DNA of 64,000 nt from Camelus dromedarius. Its lineage: Eukaryota. The number at the start of each line of letters is the position of its first letter. Positions within the stretch are counted from its first letter, which is position 1. Positions 25,086-38,578 of the stretch are shown in pieces. The stretch lies in assembly GCF_036321535.1 (NCBI RefSeq), contig NC_087436.1, forward strand, positions 27,654,001 through 27,718,000, in the 5' to 3' direction. Both the position numbers and the translations under genes were made by a program. The notes beneath the pieces were generated by a model. The model was not told the origin of the DNA. It was given only the letters and a program-made list of their open reading frames with translations, and searched no databases.

Positions 25086-27374
25086 TAACATGTATTATAA
25101 TTTATAAAGAAACATTTAAAAATTAATATGCAAGCAGAATAATTTCTACATAACCCTAGAGTTTTGTGTGTGACTTCTGAATGGAAGAATGATTGGATAG
25201 CAATCAGACCATTTTGTTGTGTGCCCTACCTCCTAAATGTAAGTAAGTACCTGAATATCTTTTTATAAATGCTGCTTGATGTCTCCCACCAGGAAGGAAT
25301 GCCTGTGGCTCTCAATGTTCTGGGAATAGAAAGGGTGAATGGGACAGATGTGCACACCAAAGAGTATGTCAATTTCCAAATATCTCTTTTTATAGCCCCA
25401 TGCTTTACCCACACAACAATGCACGTGGTTTCACCAAATGAGGATTCAAGCCCTTTTCCTCTGCAGAAAATACCAGTTCACTCTTCCCTGCCTGGAAGAC
25501 AGAAGTTAGAGAGAGACCAGCTTTTGCAGCCACTCTACAGGAATACTTTTACCAAATTCTTCAAATTCAGCCTCACTACCAGTTTTCACAATAACTCTGG
25601 CCCCATTAATTTTTGTTTGTGCCTTTCAGGAATCCATTTGGGGTAACATAATTCTTCCTCAAGAACAATGATCTCTTTAGCCTATTGTGTTGCAGGTATC
25701 TAAACAGCGCTAAGTCACTCACTCATCCTCTAGCTGATTTCCGTCCTCCCCCCAAATTTATCAACATTCAATGTCTGACCATGTCTTTTTTCTCATTGCC
25801 TTTGTTCTTATGGGTTTAATCTTACCATCTTTTTTTTTCTTTTTCCTAAAAAATAATACCCTGTTACTTTTGTTTTAATGGTGTGGGGAGGATGAGTTAT
25901 AAATACATGTATTTAGTTAATTTGCTCTGTTTCATAAACTTTGGTTTTTTTAATAAGTGATTAAAAACAGGATCATAATAAATTTTAAGAAAATAATATA
26001 TTCCAGTGGAGACTTTCATTTATTATTATTTCCTTTGGCACAGTGATTTGCACTTAAAAAATAAATACTTGCAGAAAAACTTTCACATGCCTTACAATAA
26101 TCTTGAATTAAATGGAAGATTTTATGTGTTAAAATTAAAGATGATTTTGTGTATATGATGCTTACATGTAATTCCATTTATTTGATAAAATATTTAAAGG
26201 GTGATTCATAGTAACATTCCTTAAAAAAAAATGTTTTCCAAACTATGAAGTAATGTTAACCTTGAAAATTTTGAACATATTCATTACACTTTTTCCCTAA
26301 TTTTGCTCTCTAATTTATAGTTATCTCCTTTCAGTGAAGTGACATAAATTCAATAGAGATTGAGTCATTGTATCAGATAACAAGATTTTTAGATTTGGAA
26401 CATAGGAGTGCCACAGCATAGTTTAGGGAAGTAAAAATGCGTATCATTTTTCCATTCTCCTTTATCAAACTGCTAACTTAATCTCATCTTTGTAAAACAT
26501 ACTTAATCCTGTTTTATTAATTTTGAATTTGAAAAAAATATCATTAAGCACGGTGATAAATACAGGTTAAATATTTTAGTGACTTCATTTATATAAAGTC
26601 ACATATTTAGAACTGAGTAGGCATACTGGAATCTAGGAACAAAAATGCAAAGAAGCTACTGGCCTGGATGTGACATCTTTTAGAACAGAAAGGACTAATT
26701 TTACAGAAATTAATAATACTAATATTTCAGAAATCAATATTTTAAATCTGTAATTAGTGGGTAGTGATTAGCCTATGTGATATATTTCACAGTCCTATTA
26801 ACCTCAATATTACCCACATACAAAACTGAGAATTATGGAGATATCATTTGTTTTCACTTTTCAAAACAAATAGAATTTTGACTAACGGGAACAATCAGTG
26901 AAGTCATTGATTTGACATCACATCTTTAAGATGCTTAATTTATTGATTTAATGCATTGTCTCTCCTAGAGCCAAACACACTCTTAGACATTAAAGAAAGA
27001 AAAATGACTAAGAGAAACAGTTTCCCCACTCTCATTTAGGGTAAAAATCTATACATGTAGGTTATGGTCACAAATTAAACCACAATATTATTCTTGTAAA
27101 TATTTAAAGTTTCCTAGCTCTAGTGAAGATAATTTCTTACATCTCACAAGAATTATTATAAAATTATCATTATGAATTTCTTTTGAAAACTGGGAAACTT
27201 CTTGAAATGTGTGCTTATAATTTAATACAATACACATTTTCACATATATGAGGGATGGCTACAAGAAAATGGAAGCATTTTTAAAAGAAGTCAAGATTTT
27301 AAAATATAAAGGAGTCTATTCCTCCAAAACAGTCATCTTAAAAGAATATATAAATATTCTGATTATCCTCCTTT

Positions 27375-27960
27375 GTTAGTCTGGGTTCCCAAGAAAATGG
27401 GTAAGCATGGAAGAAAATGGAAATGAACCAGGGAAGGAGAAGAGTCAAAGATCAAGTGACAGTCAGTGAACTGGCCACAGCTTCACAGAATACCACCCAC
27501 GTTAAGTCACGTGAGACATCTCCAGTGAGATCACTGCATCTCCAAACTTTGGTTGAAAGTAGGGAGGGCAAGAAATATATCTTCTAACTCCTTCTTTCAG
27601 AATTTGCTTCTTTTAGAATGCTCCTTCTGCATTCAGAATGCAGAATTTCACTATAAATGTCTCCACCAGGAGTTAACTTCCCCAGTTTACTAGGTTCTTA
27701 ACCCTTCTTGGCAGTGATTTGCACTTAAAAAGTCAGAGCCTCCTCCAAGCCTTCACCTAGTGTCAGTGGTCCTCACAATGGTCCCTTTTATTTACCAGTA
27801 TCATGTGTGGGTTCTCCTAGGTCTGCAGAACCACGGGTGAGTCCTTACACTGGTGAAATGAGCCACTCTGTAAGGAAACAGAGCCAGCTGCCCGGAGAGG
27901 GAGGGATGGAGGGAAGGGTGGAGGCCTAGTAGTTCTAGTTGGATGCAAAAACAAGGTCCA
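27375..27960 (-). mobile_element. ERVL LTR16-family LTR
   Basis: Starts 'tgttagtctgggttccc' (antisense LTR16 end). Internal motifs 'gaactggccacagctt' and 'ggagttaacttcccc' resemble the copy at 34790-35390. Confidence 0.55.
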
Positions 27961-29139
27961 ATATTTCTCCCAGCTCTCGCTCTCTCCCTTTTTTTGAAGA
28001 GTACGACTCAGATGTTTCAGATGTATTTCTCTCTGGATTTAACTGCAACATACTTTTGTGTATTTTTAACATTAAATCAGTTATCATAGTGAAAATTAAC
28101 ATCTATAATGACATTAAAAATTGATTGCAATTGAAAATGGAAAACATTAAAAAATGACACAGTAGAGAAAAACTAGTTGATTGGTTATATCATTTCTAGT
28201 ACTTTAAAATACTTCTGCCTTCTAATTTTAACATGCACACAAACACACACATACAAATTCATAAAAAAGGGAGTTACAATTCGATTGCATATATCGTTAT
28301 TTTTTATTCCTCAGCAAGAGGTATATCATATTGAATCTTTTGAAATGTCTCCTTGCCCAAAATTTATTTCAACATTTTACACAAATTTGTAAATAAGAGA
28401 CTTTTAGCTGCAGTAGAGTTACATGTGTAATTATGTTAGTACTTTTCTTAAAAAAAAAAGCTTTCTCTGAAATGAAATATAATAGTGTAATTTGTAGATT
28501 GTAACGTTATTGTTCAAGAATTTATGGCAAGAGGATATAAGGTTACAAGTGAACCTATTTTTTTCTTCAGATGCCATACAAGTTGATTAATATCACTGTT
28601 CACCGAGTTTCATCTTTCACATTTCATGTTGTTTACTCTTTAGCAACTTTCCACCTAAGTCCCCTAACTTGATTAATAAAAAATAAACAGAAGCAAAATA
28701 ATGTATTATGTTTTTCATTTGTATTCTTTTTACTATTTTTATATTCCAAAAAAGATAAATTAGCAAAAGGAATATAAAATAATTCTTTACACAGTTCTAC
28801 AAAACAAAGAGAAATAATTCAATATTCCTTACTTCAAGTTCATGAGTATAAGAGTTTTAGATGGATTAGGGATATTATAGTAACTGGTTACAATTCATGT
28901 GGTAGATTGAGAAACATTAAGTCAAAACATACAGTTCTATTTAATAAATTTTGGTATCTGAATCTGTAAGACTTAACTTTTTCTTTTGAATTACACTTAC
29001 TCAGAAAAAAAGTTAGTGCTCTTTTAATATCTGTACACCTGGGCTATTATTACCTATTTAATCATGGTTGCTAAGTGTTTCATAAAGTAGCACTTTTATC
29101 TCTTTAAAGACATTATATAGTCGATATGTTCTGAATGTG

Positions 29140-29450
29140 GACATGTGGTAGACTATGATTGTCCCTTCAGGAATGAATACCTTATTACCATGGTAACTTG
29201 GGGGGCATCCATCAGATAACCCTTGACTTGGTTTCCCGAACTCAAACAACTCTGTGAGCAAATCAATTTTCTGACATCCCATAGGGTCAGTTGATATAAC
29301 CAATGAAATTGTATCACAGTTCAACTTTTCTAGATGCTAATTTTTTGCTTCCGTCTTTTCACTTCACAGGATTTAATTCCAAAAGTACTCCCTAATAATT
29401 CTCCTGACTTAACCTCAGAATCTGATTCTTGGGGATTTCAATCAGTGATA
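29140..29450 (+). mobile_element. ERVL LTR16-family LTR
   Basis: 3' end 'cttcacaggatttaattccaaaagtactccctaataattctcctgac...ctcagaatctgattcttggggatttcaatc' resembles the LTR16 terminus. Confidence 0.65.
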
Positions 29451-29501
29451 GAATATCTGAAGAGCAATAAAAAGTGTGTGAGTATTACAGCCTGTAGCTT
29501 A

Positions 29502-31810
29502 TAGTGTAGATTAAACATGGCAGCAAATTTTTATGACTCGGCTTACTGAGAGGTAGATTGTAATTTCCTTTTCTTTGTTTCCTGGCAGGAGTTTATGACT
29601 TGCTTGACCAACAGAACATGAAAGTAGGAACATTCTGGAACTTCAAAGGCTGGTAAGAAGCCCTATGGTTTTCACCTCTTAGAGTCTTAACCCATGAAAT
29701 AATAAGTCTCTTTATCCCAGGATTACTACGCCTGAAAGGAAATGTGTAGATGCTTTGGCCAGTGGTCCCAGCTGGGTTTAGTCATCTGTGGTTCCCTGCC
29801 TAGGGGCCAGACATTTCAATGAAACCATCTTGGACACACTGGATGAGAACATAGGTCAGCTGAATATCATTGAGTGACCTTTGCTGATGCTGCATAAAAC
29901 AGGAAAATTATACTACTGAACCCTGACCAGCATCCTAACTCATATATGTTGCTAAAAACCAATAGATTTTTACATTATAATAGAGCAAGAGAAAACAGAA
30001 ATGGATTTGGGTAGCAGAAGAAGGATGCTTTGTAATAGAAACTTTAAAAATATGTGAAATTGTCTTTGGGGCCCAACAGTGGGAAAAAGCTGGAAAGTTT
30101 TGAGGGAATTGTAGGTAAAGAAGAGTATCTCAAGAAGACTGTTAGTGAAAGATAAAAAATTACCACAGACACTATTAGAAACACTGAAAGAAAAAAGACA
30201 AATGTTGATAGGAAAAAACAGTTGAATCTATAAAGAGCTGGTGGATTTGGCTAGGGAGCTATTCAAGCAGAAGGTTTAACGTATCAACTGGTTTCTTTTA
30301 GCTGTGTATGATAATGTATGAGTAGATAAAGATGAGACTAAACATTGAACAGCTCAATTTTAAATACAAGATAAATGAAATAGAACTAAATAGATTTTAT
30401 GAAGAAAAACTTTCCTTTTTTCAAATTCTTTAGATGGCAAAAAGCTCTCAGAATAAGAAATAGACTCAAACTAAAATCATGTCAAAATTGTTGTTCAAAA
30501 AAGGTTAAAAAAAAAAAAAAGACGCTATACAAGAAAACTCTTAAGAAAGTATTCTAAGGTCATCATCCCACAATAATCTAATTCTTCATCTTATTTAAGG
30601 AGGGACCTACTTTAAAGAAATTTGTGGATGCATCATTTTCTAATATAATGAACCCTGATAAGATTGAGTAATCCTATACATTTTTAAGAGAATCATACTG
30701 GCAAAAGTGCCAGCAGCTTTTACTGAGATGGAGACATTTCAAAGTTAAAAGCAACGTTGGGGCCTCCAAACATCTCAGGACAGGAATCAATCTAAGAGGT
30801 CTACTCATCTGCAAACATAGGTTATTTCTTTTGGAAAAAAATCTTAACAAAACAGAATAAAGAGCCTTAAAAATAAATCCAAAAAACTTAAAGAATTATT
30901 CCCAGAGTACCCTAATCATCACATGCCCAACAGAATTTCAGAATGGCTGTGCATCAGTGACCTCTGTACACCTAATACTTCCCCCTTTTGAATCAGATGT
31001 CAGTGGAAGTTATCCTCTCCTGTATCTTCATTGTGTGTTGTGGCCACAGATGCAACTGAAGGAAGGATGCAAGTTAACTGGTCTCTTTACTTCAAGGTCT
31101 GAGGGTTAAGAATTGTCCTTGAGGAACTATGCTCACAGATCCTCTCATCTGTACCTGGACCTTCTTTAGATGCTTAAATATTAGACTCTGAGCAAATGCT
31201 GTAATAGAATGGACTACTCTGTGCCTTGCAAGAGGTGAAGTTTGCATGTGAGAGAAATGTAAGTATTTTATGCTGGGCGTAATAGGGTATAATACAAATA
31301 TGGTAACCCCAGATTTTGATACTCCTCCCACTTAGAAGTGGCGTCTCATTCCTCTTCCCTTGAATCTCATTTGGCATAAGAGATCTGTTTTAACCAATAA
31401 AAGTATTACATATATTATGTTTTGGAACTTTAGGGTGTGTCTTAAGAAGCTTTTCATGTTCTAAATGGATTTTCTGACACTCTGAGCAGCTGATAAAAAC
31501 AGATGTCCAACTAACCTGAGACTGCCATGTAGGATTGGGCATGCTTAGACACATGCCTAAATTATCCATCAACAGTTCTAGCTGAGCTAAGACAGATATA
31601 TATGAAGGAGACTTAGAATTTCAGGTCAGACCATCAGCCAGTTAACATTCACAGTGTGACTTTCATTGCTGCCACAAGGAGCAATACACTCACTCCTACA
31701 GCAGAGCTTTGCCCATATTCCTGACTCATGACTCCAAATTGCAAAAGCAATTAAATATTTTTAAGCAAAGGGCATTGGTCAGTCTGTGCTCAAGAAGATT
31801 AATCAGATGA
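29502..31810 (+). mobile_element. MaLR (MLT1G/H-like) provirus: 5' LTR ~29502-30002, internal ~30003-31285, 3' LTR ~31290-31810
   Basis: Both LTRs open with MLT1G/H-type starts ('agattaaacatggcagcaaattt' and 'atggtaaccccagattttgatactcctcccacttagaagtgg...cccttgaatct'). The internal part begins 'ggatttgggtagcagaag...aaaatatgtg...gctggaaagttttgagg' and ends 'tttgcatgtgagagaaatgtaa', as in MLT1-int. Confidence 0.8.
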
Positions 31811-33096
31811 TGCTCTTTAGTGTGAATTAGTATAGAAGGAAATGTAAAGAAATAATTTTTAAATTAATACAATAAGCCAAGCAATTGATTGCAAATATCC
31901 CAACCAGTGGAAATGGAAAGTCTGATGCCTTTGATATAAATCATCTGAGTGTATCTTTAATAAGCCGTAGTGCCTAAATAAAGGATATAACAAAAAGTGG
32001 GCTTTGAACTTGAGATATCCAATGAAAGTTGATGCCATTATCAGATTTCGAGGAGTAAGTGATGAAAGTTTTAGAAAGTAGGAAATAGTTAACTTGTCCT
32101 TTTCTCTAAAATATGATAAATTGTTTTTGTCTCTGCATGCTTCCTATTCTCAAGTTATCTAGATTTAATGATAACTTGAAAAACAAATTACAGAAATTTA
32201 AGTGATTTGAAGTTAGTAATATGTTTTGAAAATTGTGAAATTTCTTTTATAAAAAAATGCTTTCCTAGTTTAACTTGAGGTTTTAAAAATCCTTTGAAAT
32301 AGTTTAACATCTATATATTTTCAGGAATGTGTGCGCCTCATTCAGGCTACAATTGCTTGTATTTATAGTCTGCAGACCAGTTGCTCCTCTAATATAATAG
32401 GAAAACCATGTACAAATGGCTTTTCATTAAGTTCTGGAAGGAAGCTACAGCTTTTCCATTACTGATGAGATATTTAGCCAAAATCTCAGACAAATTATAT
32501 TTCTTCTTTCATTCTTTGTATTTGTGGTGTCCTACTGATTCAAAGCCCACAATATTTTCTGCACATCTGTTTTACATTTACAAATAGAGCATGCTTCATT
32601 CAAACTACTAGTCCTTACAATCCTTCTACTTACTGCAATTACTGCATTTAAGAAGAGAATACAAGCTTAGTTGAGTGGGTAAGAAGAAAAGTGCATCCAC
32701 AGCTGTATAATACTTAAACTTTATAATACATACAAATAGAGTCCTCAAGCTCCTGCAGGATGCCTCAACACCTGGTAGATGAGATGGAAATGCAAAGTAG
32801 CTTAAATATTTTAATTCACTTTGCTCAGAGAATCAGAATATGTAACTATATAGTCATAAACTGAATATATGCACTGCATAAGATATTTCCTCCTAAAATG
32901 TTCTTCCATAAACGGTCTCAAAGCAGTTCTAAATACCTGTCAGCCTAAATTTGGAGGAGCTTATCAAGGTATATCTAGAGACTGAAATCCACGCCTGTAA
33001 TGGACTGGTACAAAAGGTTTATTTTTCTTCTCATTCTGTTAGAATAAAAATCTCAAGGATAGTGTGTTCGACAGAGACTTTGCAGGGAAAGTGTGC

Positions 33097-33136
33097 ATAT
33101 ATATATATGTGTGTGTGTGTATGTGTGTGTGTGTAT
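33097..33136. repeat. (AT)n(GT)n compound microsatellite
   Basis: Directly visible. Confidence 0.9.
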
Positions 33137-34789
33137 GAATGTACATTACTTGAGGGACTAGTTTTCATGAGTTCTGGGGACTACTTACAGTATCAGTTTC
33201 CTTTGCTAGGGGAAGATAGTGGTAAATATGTCACTTATTTTTTCTATTTTCTTTCTCTACATCAAATATTCAAAAGGCAGATATTGAAGGGAATGCTATC
33301 CTACAATTCCAAAGTTTGTTATCTGCTACAGTCATGTTGTTAACTCAGCTTCAGTGTGCTCTATTCATCTACTGTATCTTTCTATAAAAGCCTTCCTTCC
33401 ATGAAAACTAAAACAGACAACAAATGAAAAACAGGACTAAATGCCATAGCCAACTGTGTCTCACTGAAGACGCTAGAGTCCATTTAAATATTTTTGGCTT
33501 CAATCCAATGTTAACTATTGGCACCAATACTCCAGTTGTTAGAAATATAACTGCAATTTCTTTTGGAATCTATGACCCAATATCTTCTAATCCAGAAGTG
33601 TATAAACTTCTGTCTTATTTATTCCATATGATGTACAAACAAAACAAAACATAGGTTAGGCTCCCACCACATAGTAAATATATTTTTTATTCCTACAGTT
33701 GATACTAATATATCCATTATTAAACAGTTTGCACATTATATGCTTTTTGTAATGTATGCATTAACAAATGAATGTAAAATAGACACCTAAGAATATAAAA
33801 CAAACAGTCTAATACAATTTTCTGCAAATCTAGTAGATTATCATGCATAGGATTTCTTTGCAAATCATTACCCAATCTTTCACAGTCTTTCCTTGGGGAA
33901 ATCATGACCTAGTAGATCATGAGAATTTCATGATCTACTCTCTGGCAATTGGATGGATCAGAAAGATCTTTTTTTTATTGTGGATTATAATAAGATGATT
34001 TTCTTGCCATCTCACATTAAAATTCTCAATAAAATTACCCACAAAAATGGTTTTGTTTTTATTTTGGACCATCTGGTGGCTTAATCAGTATTCATATTAT
34101 TTTGTGTGAATTGGTATTTTGAAGTTTACATCTCAGAATCACAAACAGATATTTGGAATATGGTATCTTTTAAATCTAATACTTATCTGTTAAAATAAAC
34201 ATATGTCTTATATATCAAGATTGTTCAATCCATATCGTTAAATTTGTCAGTAAAAAATGAACCATATAATTTTGATACTCTTTAATATTAACTTTTATTT
34301 TTGAATTCTCAAAATATTACTTTTGATTAAAATTAAGCTAATATATGTCACTTTCCTACATTTTCAGAGTTTTAAGCAATGAATAATATTCAATGATGAC
34401 TTTAGTGATTGTTGATATATAGGGTTAAATGAGGTAATTTTGCCATTTTGATTATTCTTTAAACAATAGGTTTATATAATGTTTAAAGAGATTTCTGGTT
34501 ACTCTATGTCTATAATATTACAGGAATTTAGGAAATATTTGAAGAGTTAATGCATAGATTAATGAGTTTCATATGAAGAAATCATTTAATTAATTATTCC
34601 TGTTAAGATTCAGAGTCAGCCACAGAGGGCAAAAAGCATGAAATAAGGGAAGAATGAGTAAGTCTCTTGGTCAAGATTTGAGTTTACTTAAGCTAGGATT
34701 TCTAATTTTTTCTTTCTTAATCCTGGTTAACTAAAACAATCAAACCAAAAAAGAAAAAAAAAATTGCCAGAGACAAAGTTGATGAGGTA

Positions 34790-35390
34790 CTACTTAATCT
34801 GGAGTAGAAGTCCAAACCTAGTGAAGTAAAATTTAATAGGAAGGAGAATGAGGCTAGAGCAGGAGCAATATGGTACATCAGTGGACTTGCCACTCTGACA
34901 AGAGAAAAAGCTGGTTCAGTGACACAAACCATCCCAGAAAGGCCCTATCAGACCACAACATTTTAGAAAAGTTGGTGAAAAAAAGGAGGAATGAGAAATG
35001 TTTTCCCTAGTGCTTCCCAGTCTCCTGTCTCCCAAATCTGTCCCAGAGGGAATGAACTCCTCAACACTTCTGAATGACACTAACAGGCCCTTCTGGACAG
35101 AATCTGAACAAAGCCAGAGTTTTTGTTTTACTAGAAAAGCCAGATCTAAGTGGGAAGCTACTATCCACCCATTGTGACAGGCCCAGGGGATGTCAAGTCA
35201 AAGCCATGCACTCACTCCTGGGAAGCTTAAACAACTGGCAGTGTTTAGTGATGAGGCATCTTATGTGGCTGTCAGACTTCACCAGCACAGGACACAGTGC
35301 AAAGCATCATGGTGGCATCAGCACCAAGGAAGTAGCACCGTGACTGAGGTCAGGGTGGGCGACTGGGGTCCAGAAGATTTGGGAGACACA
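34790..35390 (-). mobile_element. ERVL LTR16-family LTR (related to 27375-27960)
   Basis: 'gaccacaacattttagaa...gcttcccagtctcctgtctccc...gggaatgaactcctcaacacttctg...agaaaagccagatc' parallels the 27.4-kb copy. Confidence 0.5.
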
Positions 35391-35514
35391 TAAATTACTC
35401 CTGGACTACTCTGCCTTCTTAGATCCTGGAAACTGCTCTTGCTATTGGATTAAGTTCTATCTCTTTCATCCTTGATTCTTTGAGCTTGACCTTTAGATCA
35501 TGTAGAAAACCAAG

Positions 35515-35730
35515 CAAAGTAACAAATACCATTTGTTGAGCCAATAACATAATGATAAATACTGTAGTAGAACTTCTAAAATGTTCATTAAATCACCACC
35601 ACAAGCCCCCAACAGATAATTTGATGCCCTATTACAGAGATGTGACAGAGACATAAGAATTTAAATAATACACTCAAGGTTAATAATTTTGGAATTTGTG
35701 ACACCAAAATTTATATCAAGAATTTCTAAA
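35515..35730 (-). mobile_element. MIR SINE
   Basis: 'taccatttgttgag...cattaaatcaccaccacaagccc...ccctattacagagatgtgacagagacataagaatttaaataatacactcaaggt'. Confidence 0.65.
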
Positions 35731-36511
35731 TAAAAGGAAGGGTCATGTTTTAAATTCTATACCAAGATATCAAGAGTTGTCTCTGGTGTAATGCATTTGA
35801 GCCACACTAAGCAAGAAAAGAATAGCTTAGACTCAAAAGCCTTAGATCTTAGATGTAAATATACTTAGATTCAGAGACATTTTAGTAAGTTACATGGTAG
35901 CTCTACTAACAATGGCATCATCAAATAGAATGTTGTGTTATAAACAGAGGAAGATTCTAGCAACTGCCCATGCTCCAATCTAGAGGAAAATCTAGAGTCA
36001 AGGGAGAGCTCTTAATCAGTGTTTGGTATTTGATGTTATTTATATTCCCTATTAACACTGTTAAAATGCCTTTTTTTTTTTTTTTGAAAAATGATGAGAT
36101 GTATTTCAGTTTAATTCTCTGAGTGAAATTATGCTATTATGTAATAATATAAGAGTGACACTAGGCTGTTTTCATAAAATAGGTTGAGAAAGTTTTATTG
36201 CCAAATAGCTGTCTTATTTAACAATGTCTTATGACCCATTAAAATGATGAAAACAATCACCAGAAGCACAACAGAATCCATTTACTTATGAATTTGTGTT
36301 TGTGTGTTTGCATTCCAGTCTGAGAAAAACCCAAGAATAAATTCATTTAAAAAACAGATCATTTGGGTGATCAAGCAGATATATACTTTGCCTATACTGG
36401 GACAGATCTCTGAAATCAGTAGTCATTGGCCTGCACATTGGGAAGTTCTAGGAGAGGATTTTCAGGGATCCAATACTTATAGAAAACAACCTGAATAATA
36501 GTAAATGCCAC

Positions 36512-36663
36512 CAGGGAACTATATTTAATATCTTGTAATAGCCTATAATAAAGAACATAAAAGGGAATATGTACATATATGTATAACTGGATCACTATGC
36601 TGTACACAAGAAATTAACACAACATTGTAAATCTGCTATACCTCAAGAAAAAAATTTTAAGAA
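36512..36663 (+). mobile_element. Very short L1 3' end with perfect 15-bp TSD
   Basis: 'cagggaactatatttaatatcttgtaata...tgtataactggatcactatgctgtacac...aacacaacattgtaaatc'. TSD AATAGTAAATGCCAC at 36497-36511 and 36664-36678. Confidence 0.93.
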
Positions 36664-38578
36664 AATAGTAAATGCCACATCTTCTATTATATCCAGAGTA
36701 ACTGCTTAAAATAGCAGAAAGTGTCCATTATAAATTTTATTCTAATAATTATTTCAGTTTTATGCATTTCTTTTGTTAAATGAAACAAATATTTCTAATA
36801 ATATTGAATCCATTGAAGATAGTATGTATCTCTGACAAAGTGATGGTTAGTTATTCAGTATCCTAAAAAGCAAATAAATAAAATAAGAATTGTGGAAGTT
36901 AAATTTTAGCTCCTTGACTTAAGTCTTTTTAATGAAAAAGTAATTTTCAAAACAGTAACAAAGAAAGAAATATAAGCAAGTAATATAAGTTATTTAAAAG
37001 TCCATCTCAACATCAGTGTCCTTCTTTGTAAACAGAAAACGTCCACACCTCTGTCAGTTTCCTTAGGCACAGCACTGGGAAATCCCTGTTAGTTGAACAC
37101 AACCGAAATTTTTCTTTGTTTAAATCCAAAATTGACTGACTGTGTAGAATATCAGCAATCCAAGGACATTCTTAAATTCCTTTTAAAAGCACATTCCACC
37201 TTTTATTAATGTTCAAATAAAATTTGGATTTCCTACTATAATTAAACTAATACAGCCTTCCTCATAATAAACCCTTGAGGACCAAACTGCATTTAATCCT
37301 CAAAAAATTTAGTGTGTTTATTGGGAATGAATTCAATGACCCCAACCTGAGTCAAGACTTTCTCCTGGGAGGGATGAAAACTACAAACACTCAAAATTAC
37401 TTTCAAAACCACTTTGCTGACACATATATTCAGAAACCCAGTGGTATTCTGGGGACATAGAGAATGCACATGTTTCTACCTCATGCAAAGCTAGACCAAG
37501 AGTGAATAGTATATGACTTTATCAGAGTTGTGGCTTAAGATATGTACCATTAATTGGAGAAAAATAATTTTTCTGTATTATATGTGCAGAAAAAAAATAA
37601 TTCTATACTTTGGTTTCAGGAATGCAGCAAAAAGAAAAGGATGAGAGGATACTGAAATGCTGAATTATAATTACTGATTATCCTGTAATTGAAGTTAAAC
37701 TGTTAAACACCTATTTGAATAGTCAGTATACAAAATTATTATGAGTTCTCTGAATTTTAAATGGAGAATATAATAAATGAAACCCAATACAGATTGCCCT
37801 CAGTGGATAAAAATGTTTTTCATCTGCTATAAAATGATTGATAAACATAAATTAGTAGGAACTCTAATCATCATGTAATGTTCATAAATAAGATTTAAGA
37901 TTGCTAGATTATTATTTTTTAATTCATTTTCTCAAAGAAAAGTAACAAGAAAGCTAAAAAGAATCATTACCACATAAGTATTTCAGTATTTTCAACAAGT
38001 ATATAAAGTATTTGGAATTTTATAGCAACAGGAAAGTAATGAAATGGAAATTAAAGTGGACTTTTATACATATTATGTTTAATATTTAAATTCCAGAAGA
38101 GATAAAGTGAGTTTACTATATATTTGCTTTTTTATTTCTAGCCCTGTTGTAAAACTAAAATGTTAAGTTTTTGTAATTTTTGACATAAATTTGTGCTTTT
38201 CCTAGTAAAAGCAGAGTATTAAATTTAAAGATTAGGTATTTTTATCATTGAATTGTTATATAAATATTTCTTCAAATAACTTAGTGTCCTAACAAAGTAC
38301 TTTGTACTTTGCATGGTTCATTAAGGAAGAATTTGGTTAGCAATATTGTGCTCATGATTGAATATTTAATCTGCGAAAATTGTTGAAACCCTTGAGACAA
38401 CGAGACTATTCTAGTAAAACAAATTGTCTTGAACTACAGTTTCAGAGAAAATGTTAATGTTTTTTAAGAATGAAAAGATGGAGTATAATATATTTGTAGA
38501 TATCTCTATCCAAATGTGCCTGGAAATTCCATAATGACCTAAGACTAAACACATAAGGTCTCTCATTCAATGTCTTTC

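Noticed and set aside
35318..35340. RE1/REST-like site TCAGCACCAAGGAAGTAGCACC
   Set aside because: The right half-site GGACAG is broken and mis-spaced, and the site lies in an old LTR.
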